Origin: Candidatus Aenigmatarchaeota archaeon
Lineage (GTDB): Archaea; Aenigmatarchaeota; Aenigmatarchaeia; QMZS01
Assembly: GCA_016932615.1 (NCBI GenBank)
Contig: JAFGCN010000027.1
Coordinates: forward strand, 15,277 to 79,276
DNA length: 64,000 bases
Reading direction: 5' to 3'
The notes under the pieces are model-generated. The model had not been told where the DNA came from. It made no database searches and saw only the letters and a program-made list of their open reading frames with translations. Shown piece after piece: positions 56,154 to 64,000 of the stretch. Within the stretch, counting starts at the first letter, position 1; each line of letters opens with the position of its first letter. The translations under genes and the position numbers were made by a program.

Positions 56154-56208
56154 AATTCTTTTTTGCAGAGTATATTCTAGGCGTTAATGGTGTTAGTCTG
56201 GCTTTAGA

Positions 56209-57645
56209 CTAAATCATATCCTTAATCATCTCCCTTATCCTTCCCGGTGACGCATGACGCCCGGATTTCTTCATCACCTGCCCGACGAGGTAGTTGAATG
56301 CCTCTTCATGCCCGTTCTCGTAGTCCCGAACCGCCTTTGCGTTGCCCCGTATGACGTCCCGGACATACTTTTCGAGCTGCTCTTCTTCCAGGGGCTTGTC
56401 AAGCTTCAGGTCTCGCAGAACATGGTCCGGCTCCCTTACCTTCTGCTTTTTGACGGCGTCGTAAACCATCTCCCTGATGACAAGCTCGGCAACATCGTCC
56501 ATTATCTTGTAATCCTGGAGCAGGTCGAGAAGCCTCCTCAGGTGCCTTATCTCGATTCCGCTGTCCTTAAGCGAAATGTTGTGGTAGTTGAGGGTCTTTT
56601 TCACGTATTTTGCAAGTATTGTCGCGGCTGGCTTTTCGCTGTGGGTTTCGCAAAGGTACTCGAAGTAATTTGCCATTTCGGGCTCCGTAAGAATTGTGTC
56701 AATAATCTCCTCAGAAATCGTGCCCATTTTCAGGTATCTCTTTTTCTTCAGGTCAGGAAGCTCCGGGAGGTTTGACTGGACCTTGTTAAGAAGCTCGTCA
56801 TCAATTTCCATGATGGGCAGGTCCGGCTCAAATATATATCCGTAGTCTTCCTCCTCTTCCTTTGCCCTGGCGCTTGTGGTGGTCTTGGTCTTCTCATTCC
56901 AGAGCCGGGTTTCCCTCTTTACTTCCTGCACGTTTTTCTGGCGTATTATCTCAAAGCTCAGGCTCTTTTCGACGTCCTTTATGCCGGAGATATTTTTGAT
57001 TTCAACCCTTTCGCCATCTTTTTTCTGCTCGACCATCCTTCCGAGGAATGGGTCGAAAACGTTTTCAAATCGGGTGACGGAAATGTTTGCGTCCATCCTC
57101 ATGCATCCCTCTTTTCTAAAGTCAGTTACGTAAAGGTATTCAATAATCTGCTGGAGCTTTTGCAGGAAAAGCCGCGCTTCGGCGGGGCTTGACAGGTCCG
57201 GCTCGGTCACTATCTCGACCAGGGGAGTTCCGGAGCGGTTGTAATCAAGAAGGCAGCAGTCATCTTTTCTTACAATCCTTGCAGGGTCTTCCTCGAGGTG
57301 AATGCCCCGGAGCCGAATCTCTTTGTTGTTGATTTTAACTGACCCACCTCTTGCAAGCTTTACCTCCTGCTGGGTAATCTGGTAATCCTTGGACAAGTCC
57401 GGGTAAAAGTAAGTTTTCCTCGAGAACAGAAATCTCCTGTTGAGGTTGCAGCCGAGGGCAAGTGCTATCTTTATGCCCTGCTCTATCGCTTTTTCGTTTA
57501 GCCGCGGCTTGGTTCCCGGAAAGCCGAGGCACACATCGCATACATTTGTGTTTGGCTCTGCGTTTTCGTTTGCGCAGGAGCAGAATAATTTTGAGCGCGT
57601 GTCTAGCTGCACATGGACTTCAAGCCCTATTCTTATGCCTTCCAT
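56209..57645 (-). CDS. gatB: Aspartyl/glutamyl-tRNA amidotransferase subunit B.
   Basis: 478 aa. N-terminal IGLEVHVQL, the Zn/cradle domain CSCAN...CDVCLGFPG and a C-terminal YqeY-like tail. Confidence 0.85.
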   Translation of the reverse strand: MEGIRIGLEVHVQLDTRSKLFCSCANENAEPNTNVCDVCLGFPGTKPRLNEKAIEQGIKIALALGCNLNRRFLFSRKTYFYPDLSKDYQITQQEVKLARGGSVKINNKEIRLRGIHLEEDPARIVRKDDCCLLDYNRSGTPLVEIVTEPDLSSPAEARLFLQKLQQIIEYLYVTDFRKEGCMRMDANISVTRFENVFDPFLGRMVEQKKDGERVEIKNISGIKDVEKSLSFEIIRQKNVQEVKRETRLWNEKTKTTTSARAKEEEEDYGYIFEPDLPIMEIDDELLNKVQSNLPELPDLKKKRYLKMGTISEEIIDTILTEPEMANYFEYLCETHSEKPAATILAKYVKKTLNYHNISLKDSGIEIRHLRRLLDLLQDYKIMDDVAELVIREMVYDAVKKQKVREPDHVLRDLKLDKPLEEEQLEKYVRDVIRGNAKAVRDYENGHEEAFNYLVGQVMKKSGRHASPGRIREMIKDMI

Positions 57646-57718
57646 AAAATAACCTATAGATATTTCTTATCCCTTTTTCCAGGCACTGTCGGATTATAAA
57701 TTCTCGCCTATATTCTTT

Positions 57719-59821
57719 ATGGTCCATGCTGACCCTTACCTTTTTGGTTTCGTAATGATTACGCTTGCTGCCCTCGTAATTGGACTTATAATGGGATTTA
57801 TGCGCCAGCCCTCTGTAATTGCCTACCTGCTTGCCGGGGTTCTGGTTGGCCCATATGGGCTTAAGCTTATTTCTGAAGGGAGCATGATTTCCGGCCTGGG
57901 AAACCTCGGCGTTATGCTGCTGCTGTTTTTTGTAGGAGCAAGCATTTCCCTTTCGACGCTCGTGAAGCGCTGGAAGCTTGCGATTTTTGGAACCCTCATC
58001 CAAATTATTCTCAGTCTTGGCGTGGTTTTTCTTATAGGCCATATATTTTCCTGGCCTCTTGGGCAGATGGTTTTGATGGGCTTTGTGATAAGCCTGAGCA
58101 GCACTGCAGTAATCGTCAAGATTCTTGAGTCCAGAGAGGAGATTGGCACAAAGCTTGGGCAGGATGTGATTGGGATCCTTGTAATGCAGGACCTGGCAGT
58201 AATTCCAATGATAATGATTTTGTCAGCCCTGTCGGGTGAAGCGACAAACGTAACAGGGCTTCTGCTGAACCTTGCCGGAGGGATATTTGTAATTGTTCTT
58301 GTCCTGAGCATTGTCAGGAACGGATTTTTGAAGCTTCCATTTGGGAAAAGGATAGAATCGGACCCTGAACTTCAGGTTTTGGCAGCTCTTGCCATGTGCT
58401 TTGGAATTGCAGTTCTGAGCGAGTCATTTCAGCTCTCTGCAGCATTTGGCGCATTTATTGCAGGAATGTCCATTTCCTCAGTAAGGGAGATGAAATGGAT
58501 TACCCAAAACCTTCAGCCATTTAAGGTTCTTTTCATTGCGCTTTTTTTCATTTCAATTGGCATGATGGTTGACCTGGAATACCTAAGCGCCCACGCTTTT
58601 GAGCTTGGCCTGCTTCTGCTTGCCCTTTTCTTTGTCAACAGCATTCTGAATGCCTTTATCTTCAGGTGGAGCGGGGAATCCTGGAGAAACAGTCTTTATG
58701 GCGGCTCTTACCTGGCCCAGATTGGAGAGTTCAGCTTTGTGCTTATCGCAATGGGGCTTGGCCTGGGGCTTATTTCATCAAGCGCTTACCAGTTGACCCT
58801 GCAGCTGATTGCCCTTTCCCTTATAATAAGCCCGTTCTGGATAAGCTTTTTCCGCCAATTTGTGGACAAGTCCACTTTGATAAGGGAAGCGATTCATTCC
58901 GGAGAGGGCAGACGAGAGGGCATACAATTCATAAAGCACCTTGTCGATGCCAACAAGCTGCAGGTTATCGTTGACGAACAGAGGATGGAGCGGCGCGTCC
59001 GCCGGCTTCAAACCTGGGTTGACAAGCTCACGTTTACGAGAATTTTTGCACTGTGGTTCTTCGTAATATTTTCATTTGGCCTGATTTATTTCTATGGCCA
59101 GACTCCCGAAAACAGCCTTATCTACCAAAATGGTGGCTCGGTGAATAACCTGATGGATACAATCTACTTTAGTTTCATCTCAGCCACAACCACGGGCTAT
59201 GGAGACATTCTTCCTTTTGGGCTGTTCAAGATACTTGCCATTATTGAAGTTGTCTGCGGGTGGCTGCTTCTGGCTGCGGTAACAACACGGCTTATTTCCG
59301 TAAAGCAGGATATAATCATCGGAGAGCTTTATAAGGCATCGCTCAGAAGCGAGATTTCGGGCCTTAGGACGGCATTACGGCTTTTCAGGCAGAATATCGA
59401 TGACTTTATTATCCGGATGGAAGAAGGGGCGCTTAAGAAAAGGTCTCTTAATGACCTTTCGAGATATCTTGCTTCTTTCGAGGAGAACCTGCTAAGAGTC
59501 AAGCTCATAATTCCAAAAGATAATGAGGATGGGTTCAGGACAGCTCCCGAAGAGGAAGATTTGGAGATTCTGGTAAATAGCGCAATGAACTCTTTTGAAA
59601 AGCTCTTGGAGCTAATCAATACCAACCACCGCGAAACCCTTGATTGGAGAACTGAGTCGGCGATGAATCGCATTAAAGTTTCCGTTCAGATTGGAGAGGA
59701 CATATTCAAACTTGCAGACCGGTCCGGCTTTTTCAAGCCCGAATTTATGAAGGGATTAAATGAGCGGCGGGAAAGCATAATTTCTGAGATAAGGTCAAAA
59801 GTCGGGCATAGGCCAAAATAA
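57719..59821 (+). CDS. Fusion of a CPA2-type monovalent cation:proton antiporter domain (about 390 aa) with a two-TM potassium-channel pore module (TTTGYGD selectivity filter) and a C-terminal helical cytoplasmic domain.
   Basis: KefB/NapA-like TM core (YLLAGVLVGPYGL, IGEFSFVL). After a cytoplasmic linker come M1, a pore helix, SFISATTTGYGDILPFG and M2 (ILAIIEVVCGWLLLAAV). Confidence 0.7.
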   Translation: MVHADPYLFGFVMITLAALVIGLIMGFMRQPSVIAYLLAGVLVGPYGLKLISEGSMISGLGNLGVMLLLFFVGASISLSTLVKRWKLAIFGTLIQIILSLGVVFLIGHIFSWPLGQMVLMGFVISLSSTAVIVKILESREEIGTKLGQDVIGILVMQDLAVIPMIMILSALSGEATNVTGLLLNLAGGIFVIVLVLSIVRNGFLKLPFGKRIESDPELQVLAALAMCFGIAVLSESFQLSAAFGAFIAGMSISSVREMKWITQNLQPFKVLFIALFFISIGMMVDLEYLSAHAFELGLLLLALFFVNSILNAFIFRWSGESWRNSLYGGSYLAQIGEFSFVLIAMGLGLGLISSSAYQLTLQLIALSLIISPFWISFFRQFVDKSTLIREAIHSGEGRREGIQFIKHLVDANKLQVIVDEQRMERRVRRLQTWVDKLTFTRIFALWFFVIFSFGLIYFYGQTPENSLIYQNGGSVNNLMDTIYFSFISATTTGYGDILPFGLFKILAIIEVVCGWLLLAAVTTRLISVKQDIIIGELYKASLRSEISGLRTALRLFRQNIDDFIIRMEEGALKKRSLNDLSRYLASFEENLLRVKLIIPKDNEDGFRTAPEEEDLEILVNSAMNSFEKLLELINTNHRETLDWRTESAMNRIKVSVQIGEDIFKLADRSGFFKPEFMKGLNERRESIISEIRSKVGHRPK

Positions 59822-59925
59822 GCCCCCTTTCGTAAAAGCAATGGCCTTGCCGGCGAGAAGATTTTTAAAACTTTTAAAATTTATAAAAATGGTCGATTTT
59901 GGATTGGCTTTTGCTTCTTTTGGCT

Positions 59926-60609
59926 TTAGTAGTGGATTGGCTCTCCCCTTCGGATAACCATCATCTCGATCGATTTCTTGTCGAATTGCCCGAATTTCTT
60001 CTCTCCGGCCTCGATTGACGAAACGACGAGCTTTTTTGCCTGTTCTTCAGTCATATCGTCTTTGTAGTTGCTTTCCAGGTATTTCTGCGCATCTTCCTCC
60101 CCTCTTCCAAGGGCTTTTGCAAGCCACCGGTCAAGAGTTCCTGAAGGGTTTATTACGTAAAGTATCGATTCTTCGTTTACGCCACCCAGGAGAATTGCAA
60201 CCCCATAAGGCCTTGCTCCTGCAAACTGAGTGTAGAGCTGCATCCTGTCTGCGATTTTCTTTCCCAGGACAAAAACGTCAATCGGCTCCCCGAAGGTCAT
60301 CTTGTGTATCTGCGCGTGCACCCTTAAGATGTCAATTAGGGCCCTTGCGTCTCCAGTAAACCCACAGGCGGTAGCGCCCATGTGCTTGTCGATTGCGGCA
60401 ACTTTTGTCGCCTTTCCCTTCAGCTGGAGTTTTGTGTCTGGGGTATATGCGGCAAGGACTATTCCATCCTTGAATACCACTCCAACGCAGGTCTTTCCAA
60501 GCTTTACTGCCTGGAGAGCGTACTCTACCTGGTAAATCCTCCCTTCTGGTGAGAATACTACAATCGCCCTGTCATAACCCATTTGGCTAGGTAAGTCCAT
60601 ATCTGCCAT
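59926..60609 (-). CDS. psmA: Proteasome alpha subunit.
   Basis: YDRAIVVFSPEGRIYQVEYALQAV N-terminus, the alpha-specific helix H0 and Ntn-hydrolase fold motifs. Confidence 0.9.
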   Translation of the reverse strand: MADMDLPSQMGYDRAIVVFSPEGRIYQVEYALQAVKLGKTCVGVVFKDGIVLAAYTPDTKLQLKGKATKVAAIDKHMGATACGFTGDARALIDILRVHAQIHKMTFGEPIDVFVLGKKIADRMQLYTQFAGARPYGVAILLGGVNEESILYVINPSGTLDRWLAKALGRGEEDAQKYLESNYKDDMTEEQAKKLVVSSIEAGEKKFGQFDKKSIEMMVIRRGEPIHY

Positions 60610-60654
60610 AGATTAACTAGGGTTTAAATAATATATCTTTTTGCCCTTCCCCGA

Positions 60655-61593
60655 TTAAGCCGATGCATAGTCGGCTGCTTTTGCGGTTTTGGTTCCTTGC
60701 GAGGGCTCGGGAGCATCTTCAGAAGGTCCCCCTTTCCACCTTCTTAGCTTATTCACTGCGGCCCGACCGAGGCCATAGGTAGTTCCCGCCACAGCAATTC
60801 CTGCAAGGAAAGAAATACCCAGCATAGCAATTACATAAGGATACATTTCCGGGCTGTAAACTAATTCTGCAGCTTCTGCTCCATTTTCTTCAAAAATACG
60901 GCTTAGGGCATTCAAGGGTTCAAAGACCAGTTCTCCGCCAGCTGCGCTGAAATCGCCTACATTAAAGGCGGGGACCCCTTCTGGAAGTTCCTTAAACATA
61001 TCCGTTGCTTTTACAACTTCTTCATCTACCGATGAAATGCGTAGCTGATAAACAGGAACCGCAACTAAAGAGCTTCCGGCAATAGCGAGCGGGAGGGACT
61101 TTCTTTTTTTAGCTTCATAAAGCAATTCAGCTCCCAGCGCCATGGATATGGCGTTCGGGGCTATAGCAACTAGCGCATCAGAAGGCCAGGGGCCAAAAGT
61201 GTCTGGATTTACATAACCCGCAATGTCTAATTGGGAGAGGTCTTTGGATTCAATCAGTGGGAAAATCTCACGAAGGAAGTCGCCCCCAAGAGCACTATCT
61301 ATCACTATCTCTTCGTTTGTGCCTCCGGTTGCAATATTAGTGGCTGCGTGAGTAAGTTCATGCGCTACAACATAGGGCTTTATTAAAGGGGTCCCCATTA
61401 GGGCATAAAAGGAAGCGGGAATCGCAGCGACATTAAGCGCCTTTTGAGTGGTTTTCCCGCCAGGCAGGCTTTCGGGGAATAGGTCATAGTAAGTCAGGTC
61501 CCGATACAAGTCTTTCCATCCATTAACGGGATTAAGCGCTCTGACAAGGCTTGAATCCTTGTAGAGATTTTCCGAGCCAGTTTCTTTAATCAT
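60655..61593 (-). CDS. Putative zinc metalloprotease with an HExxH motif and a C-terminal TM.
   Basis: VVAHELTHAATN contains HELTH. A hydrophobic helix sits near the C-terminus (YVIAMLGISFLAGIAVAGTTYGL). Confidence 0.45.
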   Translation of the reverse strand: MIKETGSENLYKDSSLVRALNPVNGWKDLYRDLTYYDLFPESLPGGKTTQKALNVAAIPASFYALMGTPLIKPYVVAHELTHAATNIATGGTNEEIVIDSALGGDFLREIFPLIESKDLSQLDIAGYVNPDTFGPWPSDALVAIAPNAISMALGAELLYEAKKRKSLPLAIAGSSLVAVPVYQLRISSVDEEVVKATDMFKELPEGVPAFNVGDFSAAGGELVFEPLNALSRIFEENGAEAAELVYSPEMYPYVIAMLGISFLAGIAVAGTTYGLGRAAVNKLRRWKGGPSEDAPEPSQGTKTAKAADYASA

Positions 61594-61713
61594 ATTACCA
61601 CTAATAGATAATGATTAATACTATATAAGCTTTTCTAAGCATTAATTTTTGCCTAAAGTCACTCCCTTTCGGGTTAATTGCCATTTTAGACTCTCTTCTT
61701 TCCAAAGCTCCCT

Positions 61714-61724
61714 TAATTTAAACT
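61714..61724 (+). promoter_or_regulatory. TATA-like box (ttaatttaaac) about 16-26 nt upstream of the rps13 ATG.
   Basis: AT-rich element at the archaeal promoter distance from the ATG at 61740. Confidence 0.3.
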
Positions 61725-61739
61725 TTTCAATTGATTGTT

Positions 61740-62213
61740 ATGGCAGAAACCAAGAAGATTATCCGAATTGCAAGAAAGGACGTTGATTCCGCCCTACCCA
61801 TAGAGAGGGCTCTCTGGGGCATTAAGGGCGTCGGAAAAGCGTATGCGCACGCAATAAGGGTTCAGCTTGGAGCAGACTCCAGGAAGAAAGTAGCCGATCT
61901 TACGGAGAAAGAGATAGAAAAGCTTGAGGATATTATATTTAACCCTTCAAAATACGATTTGCCTGTCTGGATGCTAAACCACAGAAAAGAAAGGGAAACC
62001 GGTGAGGATGCTCATTATGTTGAGGCAAACCTTGATTTCAAGAAGAAAATTGACATTGATTTTGTCAAAAAACTTAGATGCTGGAGAGGAATAAGGCACC
62101 AGCAGGGCCAGCCGGTAAGAGGACAGCGGACAAAGTCCCACTTCAGGGGCGGCTCTGCGATAGGAGTCTCAAAGAAGAAGGAAGCGCCAGGCAAGGCGGG
62201 AGGTAAGAAGTAA
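61740..62213 (+). CDS. rps13: Ribosomal protein uS13.
   Basis: ARKDVDSALPIERALWGIKGVGKAYAHAI...CWRGIRHQQGQPVRGQRTKS... The track ORF begins at a TTG at 61731, and the first ATG is at 61740. Confidence 0.85.
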   Translation: MAETKKIIRIARKDVDSALPIERALWGIKGVGKAYAHAIRVQLGADSRKKVADLTEKEIEKLEDIIFNPSKYDLPVWMLNHRKERETGEDAHYVEANLDFKKKIDIDFVKKLRCWRGIRHQQGQPVRGQRTKSHFRGGSAIGVSKKKEAPGKAGGKK

Positions 62214-62214
62214 T

Positions 62215-62787
62215 ATGGGAAGCCCAAGGAAACTAAGGAGTTCATTTGGAAGGCCGCTTAAGCCGTTCGACAGGGCCAGAATAGAGTACGAGGCAGGGCT
62301 TAAGAAAGAGTATGGCTTTAGGAGAAAAAGGGAAATCTGGAAGCTCAGCCAGTACTTTAAAAACCTCAAGAGGCGTGCAAGAAACATTCTTGCAACACAC
62401 GACATCAATGATGAAAAGGTCCTTATGGCAAAACTGACCCGGCTTGGCATCGGAAGCGAGGGCTTCACGCTTGATGACGTTTTGAACCTGAACCTTGAGG
62501 ATGTCTGTGAAAGGCGGCTTCAGACCCTTGTCGTGAAAAAGGGCATCGCAACAACACTTAAGCAGGCAAGGCAGTTCATTGTGCACAGGAGGATTCTCAT
62601 TGGAAATACAATCGTCGATATGCCTAACTACATTGTAAATGTCGAAGAGGAGGCAAACATAAAGCTTAGGGCAAAACAGCTAAAGCCAAAACCAGAGGAA
62701 AAACCAAAGGAAGCGGAAACAGAAGGGGTCGAGTCTGAGGCAAAGCAGGAGGAAGTGTCGGCAGAAGCCGAGCAGAAGAGTGAATAA
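62215..62787 (+). CDS. rps4: Ribosomal protein uS4.
   Basis: GSPRKLRSSFGRPLKPFD...YGFRRKREIWK... plus an S4 RNA-binding domain (LQTLVVKKGIATTLKQARQFIVHRRILIGNTIVDMPNYIV). Confidence 0.85.
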   Translation: MGSPRKLRSSFGRPLKPFDRARIEYEAGLKKEYGFRRKREIWKLSQYFKNLKRRARNILATHDINDEKVLMAKLTRLGIGSEGFTLDDVLNLNLEDVCERRLQTLVVKKGIATTLKQARQFIVHRRILIGNTIVDMPNYIVNVEEEANIKLRAKQLKPKPEEKPKEAETEGVESEAKQEEVSAEAEQKSE

Positions 62788-62892
62788 AACCAGCCAAACC
62801 CGAATTTTTTAGCGTTTGAATCATCTTATGCGGGATTTATCATTTCGCTTCAGGATTGTTTTGTTTAACTGCTTTATCTCTTTTTTAAGGGT

Positions 62893-63177
62893 ATGGCAAG
62901 TATGGCAAAGGAAGAAATAATTGATTTTCTAAGGGGAGAGTTCATAGGGAAAACTGTCCGGGTAGTGGAAAGCTCAAATAAAGACCTTATCGGGCTTGAG
63001 GGTCGGCTTGTCGATGAAACAAGAAATATGTTTGAGATTGAAACCCCCGCAGGCACAAAGAAAGTCCAGAAGAAAATCTGCAAGTTCCTTTTCGTTTCAG
63101 AGAAGATTTTGGTGGACGGGAAAATCATAAACCTGCGCCCCGAAAACCGGCTTACGGGCAAGTTTAAGGACTGGTAA
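62893..63177 (+). CDS. rnp1: RNase P protein component 1 (Rpp29/Pop4 homologue).
   Basis: FIGKTVRVVESSNKDLIGLEGRLVDETRNMFEIET...KKVQKKICKFLF fits the Sm-like Rpp29 core signature (G..V.V..S.....G.EG.VVDET.N...I). It is unusually placed after uS4 rather than between L29 and S17. Confidence 0.55.
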   Translation: MASMAKEEIIDFLRGEFIGKTVRVVESSNKDLIGLEGRLVDETRNMFEIETPAGTKKVQKKICKFLFVSEKILVDGKIINLRPENRLTGKFKDW

Positions 63178-63237
63178 CCATAAACTCTGCAGGGAGACTT
63201 GTAACAGTCAAATAACTATTAAATCCAATCAATATTT

Positions 63238-63648
63238 ATGGACGTTCGCAAGGAAATCGTTTCCGCGCTTTTGTACTTTGGTGTTCCTTTGCTGATTTTA
63301 CTTCCACAATCCATAGTCGAGCAGAGGGTGGGCTGGCTTGGGCCTGAGGCAGACATGATATTGTCGGTTCTGCTCCTTTCAGTGATGCTGGTGGCTGCCT
63401 ATGTGATTTCTGTAAGGTACTACTTCAAGAACTGCAAAATGGGAGACCCTGTAAGGGAAGGGCTGATGCTTGGGATTCTCTATGTGGCGATGTTTGTAAC
63501 CTTGGCTATGGTTTGGGAGTACCTTGGAGGGCCTTATCTATACGGTGATGATCTGATTCTGCTAGCCCTTGCAATGACACCTGCAGTAACAGTTGTGGCG
63601 GCAATAGACGCTAAGCCAAAGAGAAAGAAGCTTTTCGGCCTGTTCTAG
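63238..63648 (+). CDS. Hypothetical membrane protein with four TMs.
   Basis: 136-aa hydrophobic ORF. Confidence 0.4.
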   Translation: MDVRKEIVSALLYFGVPLLILLPQSIVEQRVGWLGPEADMILSVLLLSVMLVAAYVISVRYYFKNCKMGDPVREGLMLGILYVAMFVTLAMVWEYLGGPYLYGDDLILLALAMTPAVTVVAAIDAKPKRKKLFGLF

Positions 63649-63692
63649 AAACTTTTTTTCAGGTTTGTTTTATTTTGGCCTTTCTTGTATTT

Positions 63693-64000
63693 TTAAAAGT
63701 CCCCTAAATTCATCTGCTTTTTCTTAAACTGCTCGACTTCTGCCTTCTGGCCGAGCGGAAGAAGCTTTCCATAAACCCCTCCGCCTCCCGGTATATGCTC
63801 TATTTTGTCTTCCCGGAACGCCCGGATATATTGGGCGGTTTTTTCGTCAATTTTGGCAATTTCTTCGATTGGCGCGTTAATCAGGACTTCGATTTCGTTT
63901 CCGAACTTTTCCACGAACATTTCCCAGATTCTGGAAACCCTGCTTGAGGAGAGGGTTGTTATCCCATAGGCAGTTGCTATTATTTCGGTCAATGGGTAGA
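63693..64000 (-). CDS. Hypothetical protein, probably the C-terminal part of a longer gene that runs off the window.
   Basis: The ORF is open to the window edge. The track start at 63992 is a TTG with no upstream stop. It contains the PGGGGVYGKL motif. Confidence 0.3.
   Translation of the reverse strand, partial: YPLTEIIATAYGITTLSSSRVSRIWEMFVEKFGNEIEVLINAPIEEIAKIDEKTAQYIRAFREDKIEHIPGGGGVYGKLLPLGQKAEVEQFKKKQMNLGDF

Noticed and set aside
62893-63177. Considered ribosomal protein uS11 or an L35Ae-like protein, given the position after uS13 and uS4.
   Set aside because: The sequence lacks the uS11 signature and instead fits the Rpp29 Sm-like motif (VVDETxNM).

Overview
This window reads as a chromosomal segment of an archaeon, with roughly 50% G+C by eye. 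Housekeeping translation and secretion genes are spread through it: archaeal-type glyS, ileS, tyrS, secY, ribosomal proteins uL15, uS14, uL13, uS9, uS13 and uS4, rpoN, aEF-1beta, gatA/gatB, proteasome alpha and the RNase P protein Rpp29. The usual archaeal ribosomal-protein clusters are broken up here. uL15 is separated from secY by about 2.7 kb of unrelated genes, uS13 and uS4 are not followed by uS11, and rpoN lies on the strand opposite uL13 and uS9. Between the core genes are metabolic and membrane genes. These include a porB-like and a porD-like gene, pyruvoyl-dependent arginine decarboxylase, a thiolase followed by a DUF35-HMG-CoA synthase fusion, type III glutamine synthetase, ClC, MscL, MscS, a CDF transporter, BI-1, a CPA2 antiporter fused to a K+ channel pore, FKBP and thioredoxin. 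There is a striking number of cysteine-rich secreted or membrane-anchored proteins, most conspicuously four consecutive genes at 31.9-39.3 kb, including a 1031-aa protein with about 130 Cys residues. No canonical tRNA gene is present. Instead two loci (51558-51857 and 55473-55623) carry perfect 7-bp acceptor-stem complements, T-loop-like and D-arm-like sequences, separated by 75-215 nt of inserted sequence that contains a shared, covarying hairpin element. A third copy of that element lies immediately downstream of the second locus. Candidate defence or accessory loci are a stand-alone DUF262-DUF1524 (GmrSD/SspE/BrxU-like) nuclease gene, and a single-gene, strongly AT-rich island encoding a 413-aa protein with a HEPN-like Rx4H motif. 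All calls rest on reading the translated ORFs and the DNA by eye. No database search could be run, so family assignments are recognition-based and their boundaries are approximate.
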